From: Eledone cirrhosa
Lineage: Eukaryota
Assembly (NCBI GenBank): GCA_964016885.1
Contig: OZ024742.1
Coordinates: forward strand, 166,904,001 to 166,968,000
Direction of reading: 5' to 3'
DNA length: 64,000 nt
Made by a program: the position numbers and the translations under genes
Shown: in pieces, positions 51,201-63,200 of the stretch
How the letters are laid out: each line of letters opens with the position of its first letter
How positions within the stretch are numbered: position 1 is the first letter of the stretch
The notes under the pieces: model-generated
What the model saw: only the letters and a program-made list of their open reading frames with translations
Told to the model about the DNA's origin: nothing
Databases searched by the model: none

Positions 51201-54200
51201 CTATAATTTCCAGTGTCCAAGGGGAGATAATTTCCAGCCAGCGAAGGGGAGATAATTTTTTTTTAAAAATCAGGGGGAGATTTGTAAAAAAAATCAGGGG
51301 GAGATAATTTGTAAAAAAAATCAAAGGGAGATAATTTCCAGCCGTCCAAAGAGAGATAATTTCTAGCCGTCCAAGGGGAGATAATTTCGAGCCAAGGGGA
51401 GATAATTTCCAGCCGTCCAAGGGAGATAATTTTTTAAAAAATCAGGTGGAGATAATTTGTAAAAAAAATCAGGGGGAGATAATTTGTAAAAACAAAATCA
51501 AGGGCAGATAATTTCCAGCTGTCCAAGGGGAGATAATTTCCAGCCGTGCAAGGGGAGATAATTTCCAGCCGTCCAAGGGGAGATAATTTCCATCCTTCCA
51601 AGGGGAGATAATTTCCAGCCGTCCAAGGGGAGATAATTTCCCGCCAGCCAAGGGAAGATAATTTTTTAAAAAATCAGGCGGAGATTGTAAAAAAAATCAG
51701 GGGGAGATAATTTGTAAAAAAATCAGGGGGAGATAATTTGTAAAAAAATCAAGGGGAGATAATTTCCAGCTGTCCAAGGGGAGGTAATATCTAGCCGTCC
51801 AAGGGGAGATAATTTCCAGCCGTCCAAGGGGAGATAATTTCCAGCCGTCCAAGGGTAGATAATATCCAGCCGTCCAAGGAGACATATTTTCCAGCCCTCC
51901 AAGGAGAGGTAATTTCTAGCCGTCCAAGTGGAGATAAATTCCAGCCTCCAAGGGGAGATAATTTCCAGCCAGCCAAGGGGAGATAATTTGTAAAAAAATC
52001 AGGGGGAGATAATTTGTAAAAAAAAATCAGGGGGAGATAATTTTTAAAAAAAATCAGGGGGAGATAATTTGTAAAAAAAATCAAGGGGAGATAATTTCCA
52101 GCCGTCCAAGGGGAGATAATTTTCAGCCGTCCAAGGGGAGATAATTTCCCGCCAGCCAAGGGAAGATAATATTTAAAAAATGAGGCGGAGATAATTTGTA
52201 AAAAAAATCAGGGGGAGATAATTTGTAAAAAAATCAGGGGGAGATAATTTGTAAAAAAAAAATCAGGGGGAGATAATTTGTAAAAAAAATCAGGGGGAGA
52301 TAATTTGTAAAAAAAAATCAGGGGTAGATAATTTGTAAAAAAAAATCAGGGGGAGATAATTTGTAAAAAAAATCAGGGGGAGATAATTTGTAAAAGAAAT
52401 CAAGGGGAGATAATTTCCAGCCGTCCAAGGAGAGATAATTTAAAAAAAAAATCAGGCGGAGATAATTTGTAAAAAAAAATCAGGGGGAGATAATTTGTAA
52501 AAAAAAATCAGGGGGAGATAATTTGTAAAAAAAATCAAGGGGAGATAATTTCCAGCCGTCCAAGGGGAGATAATTTTCAGCCGTCCAAGGGGAGATAATT
52601 TCCAGCCGTCCAAGGGGAGATAATTTTAAAAAAAAAATCAGGCGGATATAATTTGTAAAAAAAATCAAGGGGAGATAATTTGCAACCGTCCAAGGGGACA
52701 TAATTTTCAGTCGTCCAAGGAGAGGTAATTTCTAGCCGTCCAAGGGGAGATAATTTCCAGCCGTCCAAGGGGAGATAATTTCCAGCCGTCCAAGGGGAGA
52801 TAATTTTTTTTTAAAAATCAGGCGGAGATAATTTGTAAAAAAAAAATCAGGGGGAGATAATTTGTAAAAAAAATCAAGGGGAGATAATTTCCAGCCGTCC
52901 AAGGGAAGATAATTTCCAGCCCTCCAAGGGGCTATAATTTCCAGCGTCCAAGGGGAGATAATTTCCAGCCAGCGAAGGGGAGATAATTTTTTTAAAAAAA
53001 TCATTGGGAGATTTGTAAAAAAAATCAGGGAGAGATAATTTGTAAAAAAAATCAAGGGGAGATAATTTCCAGCCGTCCAAGGGGAGGTAATATCTAGCCG
53101 TCCAAGGGGAGATAATTTCCAGCCGTCCAAGGGGAGATAATTTCCAGCCGTCCAAGGGTAGATAATATCCAGCCGTCCAAGTAGACATTTTCCAGCCGTC
53201 CAAGGAGAGGTAATTTCTAGCCGTCCAAGGGGAGATAAATTCCAGCCTCCAAGGGGAGATAATTTCCAGCCAGCCAAGGGGAGATAATTTGTAAAAAAAT
53301 CAGGGGGAGATAATTTGTAAAAAAATCAGGGGGAGATAATTTGTAAAAAAAAATCAGGGGGAGATAATTTGTAAAAAAAAATCAGGGGGAGATAATTTGT
53401 AAAAAAAAATCAGGGGGAGATAATTTGTAAAAAAAATCAAGGGGAGATAATTTCCAGCCGTCCAAGGGGAGATAATTTCCATCCTTCCAAGGGGAGATAA
53501 TTTCCAGCCGTCCAAGGGGAGATAATTTCCCGCCAGCCAAGGGAAGATAATTTTTAAAAAAATCAGGCGGAGATTGTAAAAAAAATCAGGGGGAGATAAT
53601 TTGTAAAAAAATCAGGGGGAGATAATTTGTAAAAAAAAAATCAGGGGGAGACAATTTGTAAAAAAAATCAGGGGGAAATAATTTGTAAAAAAAAATCAAG
53701 GGGAGATAATTTGTACAAAAAATCAGGGGTATATAATTTGTAAAAAAAAATCAGGGGGAGATAATTTGTAAAAAAAAATCAGGGGGAGATAATTTGTAAA
53801 AAAAATCAAGGGGAGATAATTTGCAGCCGTCCAAGGGGAGATAATTTTCAGCCGTCCAAGGAGAGGTAATTTCTAGCCGTCCAAGGTGAGATAATATCCA
53901 GCCGTCCAAGGGGAGATAATTTCCAGCCGTCCAAGGGGAGATAATTTTTAAAAAAAAACAGGCGAAGATAATTTGTAAAAAAAAAATCAGGGGGAGATAA
54001 TTTGTAAAAAAAAATCAGGGGGAGATAATTTGTAAAAAAAAATCAGGGGGAGGTAATTTGTAAAAAAAATCAAGGGGAGATAATTTCCAGCCGTCCAAGG
54101 GAAGATAATTTCCAGCCCTCCAAGGGGCTATAATTTCCAGCGTCCAAGGGGAGATAATTTCCAGCCAGCGAAGGGGAGATAATTGTTTTAAAAAAATCAT

Positions 54201-57200
54201 TGGGAGATTTGTAAAAAAAATCAGGGGGAGATAATTAATAAAAAAAATCAAGGGGAGATAATTCCAGCCGTCCAAGGGGAGGTAATATCTAGCCGTCCAA
54301 GGGGAGATAATTTCCAGCCGTCCAAGGGGAGATAATTTCCAGCCGTTCAAGGGTAGATAATATCCAGCCGTCCAAGGAGACATATTTTCCAGCCGTGCAA
54401 GGAGAGGTAATTTCTAGCCGTCCAAGGGGAGATAAATTCCAGCCTCCAAGGGGAGATAATTTCCAGCCAGCCAAGGGGAGATAATTTGTAAAAAAATCAG
54501 GGGGAGATAATTTGTAAAAAAAGTCAGGGGTAGATAATTTGTAAAAAAAAATCAGGGGGAGATAATTTGTAAAAAAAAATCAGGGGGAGATAATTTGTAA
54601 AAAAAATCAAGGGGAGATAATTTCCAGCCATCCAAGGAGAGATAATTTTAAAAAAAAATCAGGCGGAGATAATTTGTAAAAAAAAATCAGGGGGAGATAA
54701 TTTGTAAAAAAAATCAGGGGGTGATAATTTGTAAAAAAAATCAAGGGGAGATAATTTCCAGCCGTCCAAGGGGAGATAATTTCCAGCCGTCCAAGGGGAC
54801 ATAAATTTTTTAAAAAAATCAGGCGGAGATAATTTGTAAAAAAAATCAGGGGGAGATAAATTGTAAAAAAAAATCAGGGGGAGATAATTTGTAAAAAAAA
54901 TCAGGGGGAGATAATTTCCAGCCGTCCAAGGTAAGATAATTTCCAGCCCTCCAAGGGGCTATAATTTCCAGCATCCAAGGGGAGATAATTTCCAGCCGTC
55001 CAAGGGTAGATAATATCCAGCCGTCCAAGTAGACATATTTTCCAGCCGTCCAAGGAGAGGTAATTTCTAGCCGTCCAAGGGGAGATAAATTCCAGCCTCC
55101 AAGGGGAGATAATTTCCAGCCAGCCAAGGGGAGATAATTTGTAAAAAAATCAGGGGGAGATAATTTGTAAAAAAAATCAGGGGGAGATAATTTGTAAAAA
55201 AAAATCAGGGGGAGATAATTTGTAAAAAAAAATCAGGGGGAGATAATTTCCAGCCGTCCAAGGGGAGATAATTTTCAGCCGTCCAAGGGTAGATAATATC
55301 CAGCCGTCCAAGTAGACATTTTCCAGCCGTCCAAGGAGAGGTAATTTCTAGCCGTCCAAGGGGAGATAAATTCCAGCCTCCAAGGGGAGATAATTTCCAG
55401 CCAGCCAAGGGGAGATAATTTGTAAAAAAATCAGGGGGAGATAATTAGTAAAAAAAAATCAGGGGGAGATAATTTGTAAAAAAAAATCAGGGGGAGATAA
55501 TTTGTAAAAAAAATCAAGGGGAGATAATTTCCAGCCGTCCAAGGGGAGATAATTTTCAGCCGTCCAAGGGGAGATAATTTCCAGCCGTCCAAGGGGAGAT
55601 AATTTCCATCCTTCCAAGGGGAGATAATTTCCAGCCTTCCAAGGGGAGATAATTTTCAGCCGTCCAAGGGGAGATAATTTCCCGCCAGCCAAGGGAAGAT
55701 AATATTTTAAAAAATCAGGCGGAGATAATTTGTAAAAAAAATCAGGGGGAGATAATTTGTAAAAAAATCAGGGGGAGATAATTTGTAAAAAAAAAATCAG
55801 GGGGAGTTAATTTGTAAAAAAAATCAGGGGGAGATAATTTGTAAAAAAAAATCAGGGGTAGATAATTTGTAAAAAAAAATCAGGGGGAGATAATTTGTAA
55901 AAAAAAAATCAGGGGGAGATAATTTGTAAAAAAAATCAAGGGGAGATAATTTCCAGCCGTCCAAGGAGAGATAATTTTTAAAAAAAATCAGGCGGAGATA
56001 ATTTGTAAAAAAAAATCAGGGGGAGATAATTTCCAGCCGTCGAAGGGAAGATAATTTCCAGCCCTCCAAGGGGCTATAATTTCCAGCGTCCAAGGGGAGA
56101 TAATTTCCAGCCAGCGAAGGGGAGATAATTTTTTTTAAAAAATCATTGGGAGATTTGTAAAAAAAATCAGGGGGAGATAATTTGTAAAAAAAACCAAGGG
56201 GAGATAATTTCCAGCCGTCCAAGGGGAGGTAATATCTAGCCATCCAAGGGGAGATAATTTCCAGCCGTCCAAGGGGAGATAATTTCCAGCCGTCCAAGGG
56301 TAGATAATATCCAGCCGTCCAAGTAGACATTTTCCAGCCGTCCAAGGAGAGGTAATTTCTAGCCGTCCAAGGGGAGATAAATTCCAGCCTCCAAGGGGAG
56401 ATAATTTCCAGCCAGCCAAGGGGAGATAATTTGTAAAAAAATCAGGGGGAGATAATTTGTAAAAAAAATCAGGGGGAGATAATTTGTAAAAAAAAATCAG
56501 GGGTAGATAATTTGTAAAAAAAAATCAGGGGGAGATAATTTGTAAAAAAAAATCAGGGGGAGATAATTTGTAAAAAAAATCAAGGGGAGATAATTTCCAG
56601 CCGTCCAAGGGGAGATAATTTTCAGCCGTCCAAGGGGAGATAATTTCCAGCCGTCCAAGGGGAGATAATTTCCATCCTTCCAAGGGGAGATAATTTGTAA
56701 AAAAAAATCAGGGGGAGATAATTTGTAAAAAAAATCAAGGGGAGATAATTTCCAGCCGTCCAAGGGGAGATAATTTTCAGCCGTCCAAGGGGAGATAATT
56801 TCCCGCCAGCCAAGGGAAGATAATATTTAAAAAAATCAGGCGGAGATAATTTGTAAAAAAAATCAGGGGGAGATAATTTGTAAAAAAATCAGGGGGAGAT
56901 AATTTGTAAAAAAAAAATCAGGGGGAGATAATTTGTAAAAAAAATCAGGGCTAGATAATTTGTAAAAAAAAATCAGGGGTAGATAATTTGTAAAAGAAAA
57001 TCAGGGGGAGATAATTTGTAAAAAAAATCAAGGGGAGATAATTTCCAGCCGTCCAAGGAGAGATAATTTTAAAAAAAAATCAGGCGGAGATAATTTGTAA
57101 AAAAAAATCAAGGGGAGATAATTTGTAAAAAAAAATCAGGGGGAGATAATTTGTAAAAAAAATCAAGGGGAGATAATTTCCAGCCGTCCAAGGGACGATA

Positions 57201-60200
57201 ATTTCCAGCACTCCAAGGGGCTATAATTTCCAGTGTCCAAGGGGAGATAATTTCCAGCCAGCGAAGGGGAGATAATTTTTTTAAAAAAATCAGGGGGAGA
57301 TATGTAAAAAAAATCAGAGGGAGATAATTTCTAAAAAAAATCAAAGGGAGATAATTTCCAGCCGTCCAAAGAGAGATAATTTCTAGCCGTCCAAGGGGAG
57401 ATAATTTCCAGCCAAGAGGATATAATTTCCAGCCGTCCAAGGGGAGATAATTTTTTAAAAAATCAGGTGGAGATAATTTGTAAAAAAAATCAGGGGGAGA
57501 TAATTTGTAAAAACAAAATCAAGGGCAGATAATTTCCAGCTGTCCAAGGGGAGATAATTTCCAGCCGTCCAAGGGGAGATAATTTCCATCCTTCCAAGGG
57601 GAGATAATCTCCAGCCGTCCAAGGGGAGATAATTTCCCGCCAGCCAAGGGAAGATAATTTTTAAAAAAATCAGGCGGAGATTGTAAAAAAAATCAGGGGG
57701 AGATAATTTGTAAAAAAATCAGGGGGAGATAATTTGTAAAAAAAAAATCAGGGGAGATAATTTGTAAAAAAAAATCAGGGGGAGATAATTTGTAAAAAAA
57801 AAATCAGGGGGAGATAATTTGTAAAAAAAATCAGGGGTAGATAATTTGTAAAAAAAAATCAGGGGGAGATAATTTGTAAAAAAAAATCAGGGGGAGATAA
57901 TTTGTAAAAAAATCAAGGGGAGATAATATGCAGCCGTCCAAGGGGAGATAATATGCAGCCGTCCAAGGGGAGATAATTTTCAGCCGTCCAAGGAGAGGTA
58001 ATTTCTAGCCGTCCAAGGGGAGATAATTTCCAGCCGTCCAAGGGGAGATAATTTCCAGCCGTCCAATGGGAGATAGTTTTTTAAAAAAAATCAGGCGGAG
58101 ATAATTTGTAAAAAAAAAATCAGGGGGAGATAATTTGTAAAAAAAAATCAGGGGTAGATAATTTGTAAAAAAAATCAGGGGGAGATAATTTGTAAAAAAA
58201 ATCAGGGAGATAATTAGTAAAAAAAATCAAGGGGAGATAATTTCCAGCCGTCCAAGGGGAGGTAATATCTAGCCGTCCAAGGGGAGATAATTTCCAGCCG
58301 TCCAAGGGGAGATAATTTCCAGCCGTCCAAGGGTAGATAATATCCAGCCGTCCAAGTAGACATATTTTCCAGCCGTCCAAGGAGAGGTAATTTCTAGCCG
58401 TCCAAGGGGAGATAAATTCCAGCCTCCAAGGGGAGATAATTTCCAGCCAGCCAAGGGGAGATAATTTGTAAAAAAATCAGGGGGAGATAATTTGTAAAAA
58501 AAATCAGGGGGAGATAATTTGTAAAAAAAAATCAGGGGGAGATAATTTGTAAAAAAAAATCAGGGGGAGATAATTTGTAAAAAAAATCAGGGTGAGATAA
58601 TTTGTAAAAAAAAATCAGGGGGAGATAATTTGTAAAAAAAAATCAGGGGGAGATAATTTGTAAAAAAAAATCAGGGGGAGATAATTTGTAAAAAAAATCA
58701 AGGGGAGATAATTTCCAGCCGTCCAAGGGGAGATAATTTCCAGCCGTCCAAGGGGAGGTAATATCTAGCCGTCCAAGGGGAGATAATTTCCAGCCGTCCA
58801 AGAGGAGATAATTTCCAGCCGTCCAAGGGTAGATAATATCCAGCCGTCCAAGGAGACATATTTTCCAGCCGTCCAAGGAGAGGTAATTTCTAGCCGTCCA
58901 AGGGGAGATAATTTTCAGCCGCCCAAGGGGAGATAATTTCCCGCCAGCCAAGGGAAGATAATATTTAAAAAATCAGGCGGAGATAATTTGTAAAAAAAAT
59001 CAGGGGGAGATAATTTGTAAAAAAAATCAGGGGGAGATAATTTGTAAAAAAAAAATCAGGGGGAGATAATTTGTAAAAAAAATCAGGGGGAGATGATTTG
59101 TAAAAAAAATCAGGGGTAGATAATTTGTAAAAAAAAATCAGGGGGAGATAATTTGTAAAAAAAAATCAGGGGGAGATAATTTGTAAAAAAAATCAAGAGG
59201 AGATAATTTCCAGCCGTCGAAGGGAAGATAATTTCCAGCCCTCCAAGGGGCTATAATTTCCAGCGTCCAAGGGGAGATAATTTCCAGCCAGCGAAGGGGA
59301 GATAATTTTTTTTTAAAAATCATTGGGAGATTTGTAAAAAAAATCAGGGGGAGATAATTTGTAAAAAAAATCAAGGGGAGATAATTTCCAGCCGTCCAAG
59401 GGGAGGTAATATCTAGCCATCGAAGGGGAGATAATTTCCAGCCGTCCAAGGGGAGATAATTTCCAGCCGTCCAAGGGTAGATAATATCCAGCCGTCCAAG
59501 TAGACATTTTCCAGCCGTCCAAGGAGAGGTAATTTCTAGCCGTCCAAGGGGAGATAAATTCCAGCCTCCAAGGGGAGATAATTTCCAGCCAGCCAAGGGG
59601 AGATAATTTGTAAAAAAATCAGGGGGAGATAATTTGTAAAAAAAATCAGGGGGAGATAATTTGTAAAAAAAAATCAGGGGGAGATAATTTGTAAAAAAAA
59701 ATCAGGGGGAGATAATTTGTAAAAAAAAATCAGGGGGAGATAATTTGTAAAAAAAATCAAGGGGAGATAATTTCCAGCCGTCCAAGGGGAGATAATTTTC
59801 AGCCGTCCAAGGGGAGATAATTTCCAGCCGTCCAAGGGGAGATAATTTCCATCCTTCCAAGGGGAGATAATTTCCAGCCGTCCAAGGGAGATAATTTTTT
59901 AAAAAATCAGGTGGAGATAATTTGTAAAAAAAATCAGGGGGAGATAATTTGTAAAAACAAAATCAAGGGCAGATAATTTCCAGCTGTCCAAGGGGAGATA
60001 ATTTCCAGCCGTGCAAGGGGAGATAATTTCCAGCCGTCCAAGGGGAGATAATTTCCATCCTTCCAAGGGGAGATAATTTCCAGCCGTCCAAGGGGAGATA
60101 ATTTCCCGCCAGCCAAGGGAAGATAATTTTTTAAAAAATCAGGCGGAGATTGTAAAAAAAATCAGGGGGAGATAATTTGTAAAAAAATCAGGGGGAGATA

Positions 60201-63200
60201 ATTTGTAAAAAAATCAAGGGGAGATAATTTCCAGCTGTCCAAGGGGAGGTAATATCTAGCCGTCCATGGGGAGATAATTTCCAGCCGTCCAAGGGTAGAT
60301 AATATCCAGCCGTCCAAGGAGACATATTTTCCAGCCCTCCAAGGAGAGGTAATTTCTAGCCGTCCAAGTGGAGATAAATTCCAGCCTCCAAGGGGAGATA
60401 ATTTCCAGCCAGCCAAGGGGAGATAATTTGTAAAAAAATCAGGGGGAGATAATTTGTAAAAAAAAATCAGGGGGAGATAATTTTTAAAAAAAATCAGGGG
60501 GAGATAATTTGTAAAAAAAATCAAGGGGAGATAATTTCCAGCCGTCCAAGGGGAGATAATTTTCAGCCGTCCAAGGGGAGATAATTTCCCGCCAGCCAAG
60601 GGAAGATAATATTTAAAAAATGAGGCGGAGATAATTTGTAAAAAAATCAGGGGGAGATAATTTGTAAAAAAATCAGGGGGAGATAATTTGTAAAAAAAAA
60701 ATCAGGGGGAGATAATTTGTAAAAAAAATCAGGGGGAGATAATTTGTAAAAAAAAATCAGGGGTAGATAATTTGTAAAAAAAAATCAGGGGGAGATAATT
60801 TGTAAAAAAAATCAGGGGGAGATAATTTGTAAAAAAAATCAAGGGGAGATAATTTCCAGCCGTCCAAGGAGAGATAATTTAAAAAAAAATCAGGCGGAGA
60901 TAATTTGTAAAAAAAAATCAGGGGGAGATAATTTGTAAAAAAAAATCAGGGGGAGATAATTTGTAAAAAAAATCAAGGGGAGATAATTTCCAGCCGTCCA
61001 AGGGGAGATAATTTTCAGCCGTCCAAGGGGAGATAATTTCCAGCCGTCCAAGGGGAGATAATTTAAAAAAAAAAATCAGGCGGAGATAATTTGTAAAAAA
61101 AATCAAGGGGAGATAATTTGCAACCGTCCAAGGGGACATAATTTTCAGTCGTCCAAGGAGAGGTAATTTCTAGCCGTCCAAGGGGAGATAATTTCCAGCC
61201 GTCCAAGGGGAGATAATTTCCAGCCGTCCAAGGGGAGATAATTTTTTTTTAAAAATCAGGCGGAGATAATTTGTAAAAAAAAAATCAGGGGGAGATAATT
61301 TGTAAAAAAAATCAAGGGGAGATAATTTCCAGCCGTCCAAGGGAAGATAATTTCCAGCCCTCCAAGGGGCTATAATTTCCAGCGTCCAAGGGGAGATAAT
61401 TTCCAGCCAGCGAAGGGGAGATAATTTTTTTAAAAAAATCATTGGGAGATTTGTAAAAAAAATCAGGGAGAGATAATTTGTAAAAAAAATCAAGGGGAGA
61501 TAATTTCCAGCCGTCCAAGGGGAGGTAATATCTAGCCGTCCAAGGGGAGATAATTTCCAGCCGTCCAAGGGGAGATAATTTCCAGCCGTCCAAGGGTAGA
61601 TAATATCCAGCCGTCCAAGTAGACATTTTCCAGCCGTCCAAGGAGAGGTAATTTCTAGCCGTCCAAGGGGAGATAAATTCCAGCCTCCAAGGGGAGATAA
61701 TTTCCAGCCAGCCAAGGGGAGATAATTTGTAAAAAAATCAGGGGGAGATAATTTGTAAAAAAATCAGGGGGAGATAATTTTTAAAAAAAAATCAGGGGGA
61801 GATAATTTGTAAAAAAAAATTAGGGGGAGATAATTTGTAAAAAAAAATCAGGGGGAGATAATTTGTAAAAAAAATCAAGGGGAGATAATTTCCAGCCGTC
61901 CAAGGGGAGATAATTTCCATCCTTCCAAGGGGAGATAATTTCCAGCCGTCCAAGGGGAGATAATTTCCCGCCAGCCAAGGGAAGATAATTTTTAAAAAAA
62001 TCAGGCGGAGATTGTAAAAAAAATCAGGGGGAGATAATTTGTAAAAAAATCAGGGGGAGATAATTTGTAAAAAAAAAATCAGGGGGAGACAATTTGTAAA
62101 AAAAATCAGGGGGAAATAATTTGTAAAAAAAAATCAAGGGGAGATAATTTGTACAAAAAATCAGGGGTATATAATTTGTAAAAAAAAATCAGGGGGAGAT
62201 AATTTGTAAAAAGAAATCAGGGGGAGATAATTTGTAAAAAAAATCAAGGGGAGATAATTTGCAGCCGTCCAAGGGGAGATAATTTTCAGCCGTCCAAGGA
62301 GAGGTAATTTCTAGCCGTCCAAGGTGAGATAATATCCAGCCGTCCAAGGGGAGATAATTTCCAGCCGTCCAAGGGGAGATAATTTTTAAAAAAAAACAGG
62401 CGAAGATAATTTGTAAAAAAAAAATCAGGGGGAGATAATTTGTAAAAAAAAATCAGGGGGAGATAATTTGTAAAAAAAAATCAGGGGGAGGTAATTTGTA
62501 AAAAAAATCAAGGGGAGATAATTTCCAGCCGTCCAAGGGAAGATAATTTCCAGCCCTCCAAGGGGCTATAATTTCCAGCGTCCAAGGGGAGATAATTTCC
62601 AGCCAGCGAAGGGGAGATAATTGTTTTAAAAAAATCATTGGGAGATTTGTAAAAAAAATCAGGGGGAGATAATTAATAAAAAAAATCAAGGGGAGATAAT
62701 TCCAGCCGTCCAAGGGGAGGTAATATCTAGCCGTCCAAGGGGAGATAATTTCCAGCCGTCCAAGGGGAGATAATTTCCAGCCGTTCAAGGGTAGATAATA
62801 TCCAGCCGTCCAAGGAGACATATTTTCCAGCCGTGCAAGGAGAGGTAATTTCTAGCCGTCCAAGGGGAGATAAATTCCAGCCTCCAAGGGGAGATAATTT
62901 CCAGCCAGCCAAGGCGAGATAATTTGTAAAAAAATCAGGGGGAGATAATTTGTAAAAAAAGTCAGGGGTAGATAATTTGTAAAAAAAAATCAGGGGGAGA
63001 TAATTTGTAAAAAAAAATCAGGGGGAGATAATTTGTAAAGAAAATCAAGGGGAGATAATTTCCAGCCATCCAAGGAGAGATAATTTTAAAAAAAAATCAG
63101 GCGGAGATAATTTGTAAAAAAAAATCAGGGGGAGATAATTTGTAAAAAAAATCAGGGGGTGATAATTTGTAAAAAAAATCAAGGGGAGATAATTTCCAGC